From contig OZ245003.1 in assembly GCA_965223425.1 (NCBI GenBank), positions 736,001 through 800,000 on the forward strand: DNA of 64,000 nucleotides, written 5' to 3'. This DNA is from Nitrosopumilus sp. Lineage in GTDB: Archaea; Thermoproteota; Nitrososphaeria; Nitrososphaerales; Nitrosopumilaceae. The position numbers and the translations under genes are program-made. Of the stretch, positions 30,099 through 40,202 are shown one piece after another. Position 1 is the first letter of the stretch, and the number at the start of each line of letters is the position of its first letter. A model generated the notes under the pieces. It saw only the letters and a program-made list of their open reading frames with translations. It had not been told where the DNA came from and made no database searches.

Positions 30099-33000
30099 AT
30101 GACAAGGTACTATCCACAGAGTACCGGCATAGAATCCTCAAAGCCAAAGTCATGCTACTGCGGGCACGGGGACGACTTTAGGACGATATCCAGGGCAGAC
30201 AAGAACGACACGCGCTACATCAGTAGTTCCCAGATGTAGATTTGTGCCTAGATGTAGGTTTATGCCCAGATGCCGGTGCGTTACCGCATAACTGCAATGC
30301 AAAGATCCAGATTAGGCTACGGCGTGCAATATGTCATGAAAGTCGAATTACATGACGAACTGATCGCACGCCAGTACAATATAACATCAAACCGGTTTAA
30401 AATCCTGCGCTCGTCGTTTCAAAAGCTTGGCATGCCAATGTCTGAGAGGCACAACGCCGTATACGGATGCAATGACATACTGGACGTGCTAATCAAGGCG
30501 TCTGAGAGAAACACGTTTGTAGAATCCCTCGTACGGCACAACAGGCTTCAAGACACGGGTGCACGTACGCCTGATGCAGACCTGGTCATGTCTGCAGTCC
30601 GTGGCGTCGAACCGGCAGACGTGCAGGCCTGGTGTGCAAGGACGCTGGCACGCACGGTGCGGCACGCCCGCCGTGCAGGAATGCTGCAGGACATCGACGC
30701 CATTGCAATAGACGTTACGGACATACCATACCATGGGGAGCAGCTGCAGGAGCATACAAGAAAGTCGCGTCCAAGGGCAGGAACATCCACGTTTCTCTCG
30801 TATGTCGCAGTGCACGGAGTCGGCAGGGACTCCTCGCAGGTTGTCCTGGAATCGAAGCTGCTGCCGGCAAAGGAAAAACTGGCCGATTTTATAGCCAAAA
30901 CACGCACGAAAATCCTCAGAGGGGGGGCGCACACTCAAAGATTGTGTTCCTGTACGACCGCGCCTTTTACAACGTTGACTGCATGACAGAGGCAGGAAAG
31001 GGCGGGTGCCGCTACATTATGCCTGTCATCATGAACTCCAAGATCAAGAGGATAGTCAAGATGTACAAGGACGGAAAGGCAAGCCAGGTATCGCAGCAGT
31101 CAATGACCAACAAAGACGGCGTAACTGTGACCTACAACCTTGTAATTGTCAAAAGAGACAGGAAGAAGAAGAAGAAAAAGGGGGAGGGGGAAGAGGAGGG
31201 GGAGGAGCAATACATTGCGTTTGCAACAAACATTCCCATCAGGAGCGCCAGAGCCATGACAGGCATCATACCGGAGCAGTACCGCAAGATGGGGCATCGA
31301 GACGGGGTTTCGCGTCATAAAGGAGATCATGGGCAGGACATGCAGCAACTCCCTGTCTGTGAGGCTGCTGATGTTTTACCTGCCGCTGCTGCTGTACAAC
31401 CTGTGGAGGATTGCCAGGTTCTGCCTTGATGCGGGAAAGAGGCACGGAAGAGCGTCTTCTGCGGGAAAAAAACTCACCATGGCGCTGTTTATCGTGTACA
31501 TTACAAGCAGAAACGAGTTGTTTGTCAATGATCGAGGCAAGTAGAACCGATGCCAGTTGCGGTTGCGGTAAATCTACATCTGGGAACTACTGACATGTGC
31601 AACAAGTGCAAGAAGAGCTACATTGTCAGGAATCCCGAGACGGACAGGCAGCAGATCAAAAAGATGGGCAGCATCCTGGACAATGTCATACTCGGGATGA
31701 GCTCAAGGCAGACGTGCCTCAAGATGTTCATAGACTGGGGCCACGTCATAAAGCACCCCACCATACTCAGTTGGTCAAAGAACCACGTCCAGTACGCAAA
31801 GATGTTCACAGACGACATACTCTGCTGCCTGGAGTACGGGAGCGTGTGGGGGATAGACGAGACGGCAATGGATATACGCGGATGGTGGCACGAGGCAGAC
31901 CCCGAGCTCCTCTCCCAGATGAGGACAATCGAGAAGAAGGCAAGGGAGTACGGGCTTCTCAAGGACCCGGAGTTCAAGAAGGAATGGGAGAGGCTGCGCG
32001 CAAGGTCAGAGAGGTCAAAGAGGAGCGCAAAAAAGAAATGGCTCACAGCAGTAGTCGACCTGAAGACGAGACTGGTCATACACTATATAATCACCGATAA
32101 GCGTCCAGACAACAGGGACATCTACCGCCTCGTCAAGATGGCCACCGTCGTGGCAGGTATGCCCACAGACATCATAACTGACTGCTACCTGGCATACAGG
32201 CCCGCAATCCGAAGGCTTACCGGGGACATTGAAAAGCAGGGCGGGAAGCTGAACCACATACTGGTGCGCGCAAAGAACCAATCCGAGCTCCACTTTAAGC
32301 CAAAAAAACCCACAAACGGCGTTCCCAACCACAACAACAGCATCGAGAGCGCATGGTCTACCATAAAGAGGAACATGGACATAATGTCCGGGTACGGGGA
32401 GTACCATTCTGACCACGTTATCAGCTACAACATCATAAACCACAACTTTATCAAGCCGCATTCCTCCCTGAGAAAGTTCAGGGCAGTCAGGCAGGGACAG
32501 GCAGACATGGTAAACATGACCCCGGCCATGGTGGGGGGATACCCAAAGTGGTTTGCCAACTTTAACGAGCTGCTCACAGAATCGTGGGGGTATGACAAGT
32601 CGTTTATCTTCAAGCTGGGCCCGAAGATGCTGGACAGGCTCCGCGTCGGCATACGGGGCAGGAAGACTGTAGCCATAGCCGTCAAGGAGCGGACTGCAAA
32701 AAGCATGGTTGCAAAGATAGACAGGAAGCTTCAGACAGAGTGCGGCTTTGAATACGTGCCGGGGAGAAGGGAGTGGCGGCGCGAGATACCGTCGATTATG
32801 AACATGAACAGGAGGCGCGAGGACAATATGGGTGCGGTAATGCCGATGCAGACATTTGAGGTGTGCAACAGGTGCGGACTGGCAGCACTCACCATGCAGA
32901 CCGTGGTTGAGCTCATCGGGTACAGGAAATCCAACGGCAGGATGATCACGCAGCCAAACTGCCACGGGTGCAGGGCCAAACTCTCCAAGAACCCGAAACG

Positions 33001-33181
33001 CCGGACTGGCCGGAACCGCAAAAAAATGACTGAAAAGGTAACAGTTCGAGTTTCTGAAGTTGCATGCGTAAAACACATCAAAATCACAGATTTTACATCC
33101 AATTTAGGCACGGCACTCCAGAAATCCGAATTGTTACCTGAAAAGTCGGTCCTTTTGGGCATCCAGAAGAGACTTGACTGA
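30099..33181 (+). pseudogene. Large IS6-like DDE transposase with N- and C-terminal Zn fingers, interrupted at codon 41 by an ISH3-like IS
   Basis: Removing 30221-31592 and one ACAT restores MTRYYPQ..SCYCGH..RYMCNKC; 'WGIDET', 'ITDCYLAY', 'NNSIES' and 'HNFIKPH..TPA' motifs. Confidence 0.82.
30221..31592 (+). mobile_element. ISH3-like IS with frameshifted transposase
   Basis: 23-bp TIR CAGTAGTTCCCAGATGTAGATTT; 4-bp TSD ACAT. Confidence 0.93.
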
Positions 33182-33182
33182 T

Positions 33183-33379
33183 GATCACAAAAATTTAACA
33201 GCAGGGTCTGCGGATCACTTTTGAACAGCAGGCCAAAGGGCGGATCACTTTTGAACAGCCATACTGCATTGGCCGGAACCGGCAATTCCGAATCGGGAGA
33301 AGATCTGAACAGCTCACTTTTGACCAACAAGAACCATAGATCACCTATTTTTACCAGAGCCCCAAAATCTTCCAGAACC
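33183..33379 (+). repeat. Cluster of GATCAC repeats and stacked AGAACC-type ends
   Basis: GCGGATCACTTTTGAACAGC x2; CAAGAACC, CCAGAGCC and CCAGAACC in tandem. Confidence 0.7.
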
Positions 33380-33460
33380 TATAGTTGTCGCTGATTCAAG
33401 GTGATCGACTCAAAAACAGCTAGCCGCATGACTTACCAAACTTACCTTTTTCTTTTTTTG

Positions 33461-33531
33461 TGGACCTGTCGGGAATCGAACCCGGACCTTAAAGTTCTGA
33501 AGTTTAAATGCAACCATTACACCACAGGCCC
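33461..33531 (-). tRNA. Atypical tRNA: CAG anticodon, short variable loop, G3:U70 and A73
   Basis: GGGCCTG TG GTGT AATGGTT GCAT T TAAAC TTCAGAA CTTTA AGGT CCGGG TTCGATT CCCGA CAGGTCC A. Confidence 0.75.
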
Positions 33532-33681
33532 ACAATCTTTTTAATGTGGTATACAATAATAATATTGAGTTCTGAGTTTTAAAAAAAAATGCCAATTACA
33601 CCGGCCTTTTTTCTTTTTTCCGTAAATCAACAGGCTTTACAGATATTTAGATTTATAACCCAAGATTTTGAAGAAAATTAG

Positions 33682-34455
33682 ATGAATCTGATATTTGGCT
33701 TGATTCCTGTTTTTGTTTTGTTGTCTGCTATGGCGTTCCCTGTGGTTGGTAATGCAGAATCAGACGGAACCATACCCTCCTGGATCAAGGATATGGTATT
33801 ACTTTGGGGCAATAATGAAATTAATGATACTGAGTTCATTCAAAGCTTACAATAGACCTTATGCGTAATCGACTAAGAATTCAAAATCAAATTGGTTTAC
33901 TAAGGTAAAAATCATCTAGCAATATTAGTTTGATCGATTACGCATAAGGTCTAATATTTGATTAAGCTAGGAATATTAACAATTCCTGAATCAAAAGAAG
34001 TTCCTGCTGCAGCATCTGAATTAATTGATTCGCAGGAAAGGAAGATTGCAAATTTAGAAGAAGAAATAAAAAAATTAAAATCTAAAGAGCAATCACAAAT
34101 TACAGAACCTGTTAAACCGAATAAAAAATTTGATTCAAAAGTAATTGCTGATTTTAATCGTTTTTATCACGAGTTTTTTGAAGCATTCAATGGTTTGTAT
34201 TCTGCATGTCAAAAAGTGAATGATGTAGCCAGTTATTCTGAATATGTTGTGTTATTGTATGAAATTGACAATGCGTTGGTAGTAGAAGTTGGTTATGGTC
34301 TTGAGGGTGTTATAAATAAAATGGTGGATCTCTTGGAATTTTTAGTGTCAGCTGGTTATGATGACAGTTCAATAGGTAGTAAAATGCGTGCTTTGGATAG
34401 TATTAATTCAAAATTTTTTGCTTGCGCGACTGATCTTGGGAAGAGATATGGATAG
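33682..34455 (+). pseudogene. Secreted protein ('IPSWIK' domain) disrupted by a MITE
   Basis: Removing the MITE restores '..EFIQSLQYLIKLGIL..'. Confidence 0.85.
33854..33952. mobile_element. 99-bp MITE
   Basis: Perfect 19-bp TIR AGACCTTATGCGTAATCGA; AAT TSD. Confidence 0.92.
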
Positions 34456-34496
34456 TAAATCAAAACAGGAGAGATTCATAATGGATATGGAGAGAC

Positions 34497-34694
34497 TTGG
34501 CTGTTAAAGAATATGCTGCAGCTGTATTCATATCTCTTGTTGCTACAATAGTTACTTTTTGGATTACATTAGGACTCGTAGTATTCACCATAGATAACAC
34601 GGTGTATGGTGGCCTTATTGTAGCTGTAGCAACTAGCATTATGTTTTTTGGAATGCTGTATTATATCATAATGGATATAGAGAAGAAGAAGTAA
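34497..34694 (+). CDS. Small 2-TM protein
   Basis: Hydrophobic ORF. Confidence 0.6.
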   Translation: MAVKEYAAAVFISLVATIVTFWITLGLVVFTIDNTVYGGLIVAVATSIMFFGMLYYIIMDIEKKK

Positions 34695-34704
34695 GCCAAT
34701 GAGA

Positions 34705-34751
34705 GGTTCTGGTAAATTCTAGTGATCTGATCACCAAAATCTTCCAGAACC
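34705..34751. repeat. 47-bp imperfect palindrome GGTTCTGG..CCAGAACC
   Basis: Seen directly; right 18 bp identical to 33362-33379. Confidence 0.85.
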
Positions 34752-34902
34752 ATCGAGTGTTCCGCAATGACGAAGATCGAGGTGAAAGTACGTGTAACGG
34801 CGAATTAGGCAACAACTTCGAAAAACTGTGATTATGATTCCTTTTATAACCATTAATTTTTTGCCAAGATTGGTTTTTTTAGAACTTTGATTCATCAAAA
34901 GC

Positions 34903-35547
34903 ATGGCAATGCCTATGGACTATGACGGTTTGAGAACTGACGATGCATCCGAGCGGACTGACAATGTTGATGAATATAGACGAACCTGCATTGACTTTAT
35001 CGAGGATATCTCCCATGACTATGAATCTTGGGTTGATTATTACAAATTACCTGAGGATGAAGACAAAAGAAGGCGAGCAGGTATTCGTGCTACCATCACA
35101 AGAACAAATGAATGGATTGCCAAGGTAGCTCAATCAATTCAAGCAGTAGATGTTGTCATGAATGATGGAATTCAAAAGATGGCAGAATCTACTGCTGGCA
35201 AGCCCTTGGAAGTTGGAGTTTTTATAAATCACCAGTCTAGCTATGCTGAAACAAAACCTGGAATCATAGATGTTAATGTCAAAGCAAGCGGAAGGGAGGG
35301 AAGAAAAATGAAACTAGGATTTCATTTTAAGGATGATCGATTTAGAATAGAATCTACTTGTGGTGCGTATCTGGATGAAAATAATCTGCCCACTGGAGAA
35401 TTTGAAATGATGGATATACATCTGAAGCTCCATGCTGAAAATGCTAAGCAACGCGATGTTATTTCATTTACAGTAACTGTTAGTGAAGTTGAAAATGATG
35501 TTGAAATTGATAGAAGGGGACTTTCAACAATAGTTCATTTGGTGTGA
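34903..35547 (+). CDS. Hypothetical protein
   Basis: 214-aa ORF. Confidence 0.75.
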   Translation: MAMPMDYDGLRTDDASERTDNVDEYRRTCIDFIEDISHDYESWVDYYKLPEDEDKRRRAGIRATITRTNEWIAKVAQSIQAVDVVMNDGIQKMAESTAGKPLEVGVFINHQSSYAETKPGIIDVNVKASGREGRKMKLGFHFKDDRFRIESTCGAYLDENNLPTGEFEMMDIHLKLHAENAKQRDVISFTVTVSEVENDVEIDRRGLSTIVHLV

Positions 35548-35813
35548 CTTGACGCACAATATCTTCTTCAAGACACTCGATAAAGTTTCCAGTGTTTTCC
35601 AATTTGACCGAATTGATTTCTTCTAACTGTAATAATGGACAACGCGCCGCAGCACAGGACAAGCATTGCACAGGAATTCCTGGTACCCGAACAACAAACG
35701 ATTGCGTCAGTCCTGTCGGGAGTCGATGCATTGAATTATTATATGATATTTTTGTTGGGCTTGGGTTTGCACATAGGATTTACAACCATGAAAACTCCAC
35801 ATCTTACTTACTG

Positions 35814-36742
35814 TCACGCAAAAGGTTTGGAATATCCAGAAATGTATGCCTGTCCATTCTGGTTCTCTATTATCTTGATAGCAGGAGTGTTCATAATTGT
35901 CAGTGCTGAGGAGTGATGGATTGAAAGAATGATGTCTTGCAGCTCGTGATCCTTTTCCATCTCAGTTATTTTCAATCCTGTATTTTGGCATGCCGGCATT
36001 GGAATATGTCTTGAATGTGATTTGGTCAGGTTTTGATCCGTTAAGGAACGTATGATGTTTTGGATTTTTTTCTCGGCTGTATTACGGTTGGACTCCAATT
36101 CATCCTTGAACATAGAACCTGACAAATATTCGGCAGCGAGCTCCTTGGACCAAGATATTGCTTTTTTGCAGTTTTCGATCAGCGACGGAGGGTAGCCAGA
36201 TATGATCGGCCCCCATATGTTGATTTTGCTTCTGTCCTGTTTCATCTCCTTATTTGCATGGTAAAATTCCGACACAATCCCGGATGCTGGCAATCCATTT
36301 ATCTGCGGATCAATGGGGCCCAAACTGGATTGTTTGCCCATCAGGATTTCCTTGCATGCACATGCAATAATGGTTCCACCAGACATGGCAAGCTGGGGGA
36401 CTATTGCCCGCATATCTCCTTGAAATTTTTGATTGATATAGTCTATCAGCGATTCCGTAGCTGCGATATCACCTCCTGGTGTATGCAATATTATATCAAG
36501 GCCTTTTGAGACATCCAATCCCCGTATGGCATTCATGAATCCGTTTTTGTCATTGTCATTAATCGACATTAATGGAGCGATACTTTTCACCGGCTTTTGT
36601 AACCAACCGAATAGTACAGTATAGTGTTTCTTCCAGTCTTGTCGGATATTTTTGTCAGATACCTTCTTCGGATTATATCATACTGAGTGTCTGGAATCTT
36701 TTGTTCTTGTATCTCTCTTTGAATTTCGCTGAAGCTTGGCAT
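35814..36742 (-). pseudogene. SDH/ClpP-class serine protease, frameshifted near the 5' end
   Basis: 'LHTPGG', 'AMSGGT', 'LGPIDPQ' and 'SHSRHI'; N-terminal part lies upstream of 36590 in another frame. Confidence 0.8.
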
Positions 36743-36912
36743 TGTCTTTCTTAAGAATGAGAGCTTAGACTCAGATAGCTTACGTCCAATTCCTCCTCAT
36801 CATTGTACGTACGATTTTTGTAGTATTTTTCGGATTCTGCCCGGATTTCAAGATCTGTTTCTTTCTCCAATCTGTATGATTTTTCCATAATGTAAAAAGT
36901 ATTTCTTACTAT

Positions 36913-38216
36913 CAGTAGTTGGGATTGTACCGTTCCAAAACAGCCCACAAATCACCCGGTAGGCGGTGGTGGCCACCTGACATACACACATGCTGCAAAC
37001 ACGCGGATCATCCTGTTTAAAACACCGGCAAGTGTCACATGATATCTTTGTCTGCCCACCGTGCGACGCAGGCCTATCCAGATGTTGTTTATCACCAGTG
37101 ACAAGACAAACAAAAGCATCCGTACGGAGGGGTTCCTGCTGGCAGTGCGCGCGCGTACGCTCTTTGCAGACCTGTACCCCGTTTCAATTCCCCAACGTTT
37201 TTTGTACTGCTCTGGGATGTACTTGACAACGTCCCTTTCATTCTCGCATGGCAGCGACGTTGCAAATGCGCGATACCTGTCAAACATGGTGCCGTCTTTT
37301 TTCCTGGCGTCATCCCTGATCAGAACCAGGTTGAACGTGAACTTCTCGGAGCCTGATTTTATGGTGTACCTGGAGACATCACCGCGCTTTCCTTGGGCGT
37401 GCTGTACAATGGCGCGCTTGATGCCGGCATTCTTTTTTGCCGGCATGATAAAATGCCTGTGAAGCGATCTGACAGTCCGCATCACGTCTGTTGCGTAAAA
37501 CTCCCTGTCAAAAGGTAGAGGCAGATTCCAAGGTGCAGCTTGGAGCACTTTTTGATGGTTTTACGCACGAACTCGCCGTTGGATGTACCCCGGGTGACCG
37601 GACTGAAGCACAGGTTGGCCTCCTTGCCGCCCTGCACTATCTTGGATGTCATGTATGACTCAAACCTGTACGTTCCTGACTCGTATTTTGACTGTATGAG
37701 GTGTTTGAGGTCGGGGTTTTTGTCATGGTGCGGAATCTTGTGCTTGTCTATTGCAGCTACCGTTGTTTCGTTGCTGATGCGTCGCCTCATGCTGCGGCAT
37801 GCCGTGTTGACCGTATCATGCATCATCTGGTCGCAGAAGCGGTTCATCTTGTCCTGCTTTATGATGCGCAGCTTTTTGAGCAGCCAGCTGCCCGACGGCA
37901 TGCGGATGCCGGGAGAGCCGAGATCGCGTGCGCCGTTGGCGTATCCGTTGGAGCTGGCCATGACCAGAAGCATGTGCGCTGCATCCCTGAGGCTGTACAG
38001 CGTGTTGTGTCTTGTGCCAAAGGCAAGGTTCAGGTGTTGCAGTGCGGACTGGAAGATTTTAAATCCCTTGATGTCTTGATTCTGTTGGTGTGTTTGCCCA
38101 TCTTTTTCGTACATGTTAAGGTGGGTGAGCATGCCTTGTATTTGGATCTGGTTGATCGTGTTTTGTTCTCAAAATGATCAGTTTGGGCTATCCAAAATGT
38201 ACAATCCCAACTACTG
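36913..38216 (-). mobile_element. ISH3-like IS with frameshifted transposase
   Basis: 18-bp TIR CAGTAGTTGGGATTGTAC; 5-bp TSD ACTAT. Confidence 0.95.
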
Positions 38217-38449
38217 ACTATAAATAAAGATTGATTTGAGTGTTCTGTTTTGACACGTAGTTATTCTTCATGTAATATTGATTTGTTAATTCATTGTCTC
38301 GAGCAGGCGGATCAGTAAACTACACATTAATTCTGTCCATCAGTAACAACTCATTGCAACTCTAACGTGACTAATAGTGAATTCACCAGAAAAGATTATC
38401 CATGTATGTTTCATATGTTTTCATAATACGACTCTAGGAATTGTTTAGA

Positions 38450-39511
38450 TTAAATCTCTATTTTACGCATAACTTTAATAAATTCTAAGAATAACTCCTC
38501 TAGCGTGGGTGTCAGGTACACCCCATCAAGACCATTCTTGTGACCCATTAGCTTCTCTGCTATGTTATAGTTTACACTGTTGTTCAATTTCAGTATGGTA
38601 TTGAATCTTTTTCTAAATCCATGATCTGCCTGCACATCATAGCGTTTGTCTTGTTTGTATCTTGTTATTCCGCTACTTGATAGCATTCTGTATATGACAG
38701 AGCGCACGCCGCTCCATCCAAGCTGTTTTTGCGTCGTTGTTTTACATGTTGTAAAGATAGGAGTGTCATCATAAAAAGACTCGCCATTTCGCCTGCGAAG
38801 ATCATGGTATTGTTTTAGCATCCGTGATGCTTGTGGAGTAAGAAATGTCCAATACTCTTCTATGTGATCTGCATAAAGCAGAACACCAATGCATCCGTGC
38901 GGCATCTTTCTTATGTGTCTGACCAACAAATCATGATCAAAGACTCCTATTCTAGCACCTGTTGATGCAAGAAAGTGAATTAGGGCCTTGTTTCTAATGT
39001 TTTTTGTGCTAGACAATAATATTTTGATCTCATCGGCGGTGCATGCTCTCAGGTTTTGGGTCTTTTGTTTTTGTGGGAACATCTTGTGTATTATGTTCCA
39101 GTTGAGGTTGATTCCATTCATTACACAAAAGTGCTTTATCCCACGAAACAATGACGGTAGTGTGTTTGGATTTGTTGTCTGTTTTAGATCTATCAAATAA
39201 TCTTCCAACAGGCGTTGTAGTTTCAGAGTAGGAATATGTAAAAGCTGATCCGAGGAATTTTTCTCCGTAAATTTCATGAATTGGTTCAGATGCGATGTAT
39301 AGTTCATTTTTGTGTATTTTGAATGTATTGATTCTTCAAACAATATCTGACTTCTCTGGAGGTTTGATTTTAGGGTCATTAGTTCATTATTTGCTTGCAC
39401 AATCAATATTTTTGTGCAAGTGTTTACAGATGTGGATGTTTTATTTTCATATCCTAGATCAATCTTCCCAGAAGTATCAATTTTTCCCTTGAACTGCAAC
39501 AGGTAATTCAT
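38450..39511 (-). CDS. Tyrosine recombinase/integrase (start may be ~39379)
   Basis: 'STGARIG', 'HGFRKRF' and 'LMGH..Y'. Confidence 0.92.
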   Translation of the reverse strand: MNYLLQFKGKIDTSGKIDLGYENKTSTSVNTCTKILIVQANNELMTLKSNLQRSQILFEESIHSKYTKMNYTSHLNQFMKFTEKNSSDQLLHIPTLKLQRLLEDYLIDLKQTTNPNTLPSLFRGIKHFCVMNGINLNWNIIHKMFPQKQKTQNLRACTADEIKILLSSTKNIRNKALIHFLASTGARIGVFDHDLLVRHIRKMPHGCIGVLLYADHIEEYWTFLTPQASRMLKQYHDLRRRNGESFYDDTPIFTTCKTTTQKQLGWSGVRSVIYRMLSSSGITRYKQDKRYDVQADHGFRKRFNTILKLNNSVNYNIAEKLMGHKNGLDGVYLTPTLEELFLEFIKVMRKIEI

Positions 39512-39612
39512 GATTCTACAGATTCTAGGCGTATGTGATTCTTTGTGGTAGAAAGTTTCTCCTCTTGATAATCTCTATGAAGTACTTCTGGGAAGACTTG
39601 ACTAATAATGCC

Positions 39613-40060
39613 GTGAGTACGACCATACAAAAAAAAAACGTATGCTGTGGTAATAACCAAAGATCTTGAAGAAGGAGGATTTGTCGGTGCGTGTGATGAG
39701 ATGCACGCAGTCTCAGAAGGAGAGACATTTGGGGAGATAATGGAAAACATGAAGGAGGCATTAGAGCTGGCAGCTGAGGAGTGCGGAAGTCCAACTGACT
39801 TTAACATGCTCATAATAGAACAATAGTGTCAAAGTTTCCAAGGATATCAGGCAATCAAATGACAAGATATCTGCAAAACAAAGGATTTGTCATAACCCAA
39901 AGAAAAGAAAGTCATATAACGCTAAGAAATAGAAACGTCGTTACCGTTGTACTGTAGGCAATAAAAAATTGAGGATTAGAACTCAGTTTTCTATATTGGT
40001 ATATGCCAACATAAGTAAAGAAAAATTTGTTGATGATTACGAGAATAGATTGATAACATA
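39613..40060 (+). pseudogene. Degenerate hicB-hicA pair
   Basis: Homologous to 16591-17033; hicB frameshifted in an A10 tract and hicA stops early. Confidence 0.8.
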
Positions 40061-40202
40061 AAATCTACAAAAAATACCGACATTGCAAGTGTCACGTACC
40101 CATAACCCCCCCCTCCTGTTGGGCCTTCTTCAATCACTGATACTGCGCAACGGACAAAAAATAATTAACATTTTAAGGGCACTAAAAAAACAGCCATACA
40201 TA

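Noticed and set aside
31550-31596. Predicted start of the 543-aa ORF
   Set aside because: It lies inside the ISH3-like end; the original start is 30099.
29070-33181. Casposon or Cas4 locus
   Set aside because: No Cas1 or PolB is present, and the nuclease lacks the Cas4 cysteine cluster.
33461-33531. Genome-wide CUG-to-Ala reassignment, or a TCA (Sec/opal) anticodon
   Set aside because: CTG sits at conserved Leu positions (hemL 'GALLLGH' ~59842; ABC ATPase 'KRLDI' ~43250). The TCA register breaks the anticodon stem and the gene lacks tRNA-Sec arm lengths.
35712-35727. CCTGTCGGGAGTCGA resembling the tRNA-like 3' end as an att site
   Set aside because: It is on the wrong side of the tRNA for a 3'-end duplication and is explained by hsdS 'LSGVD' coding.
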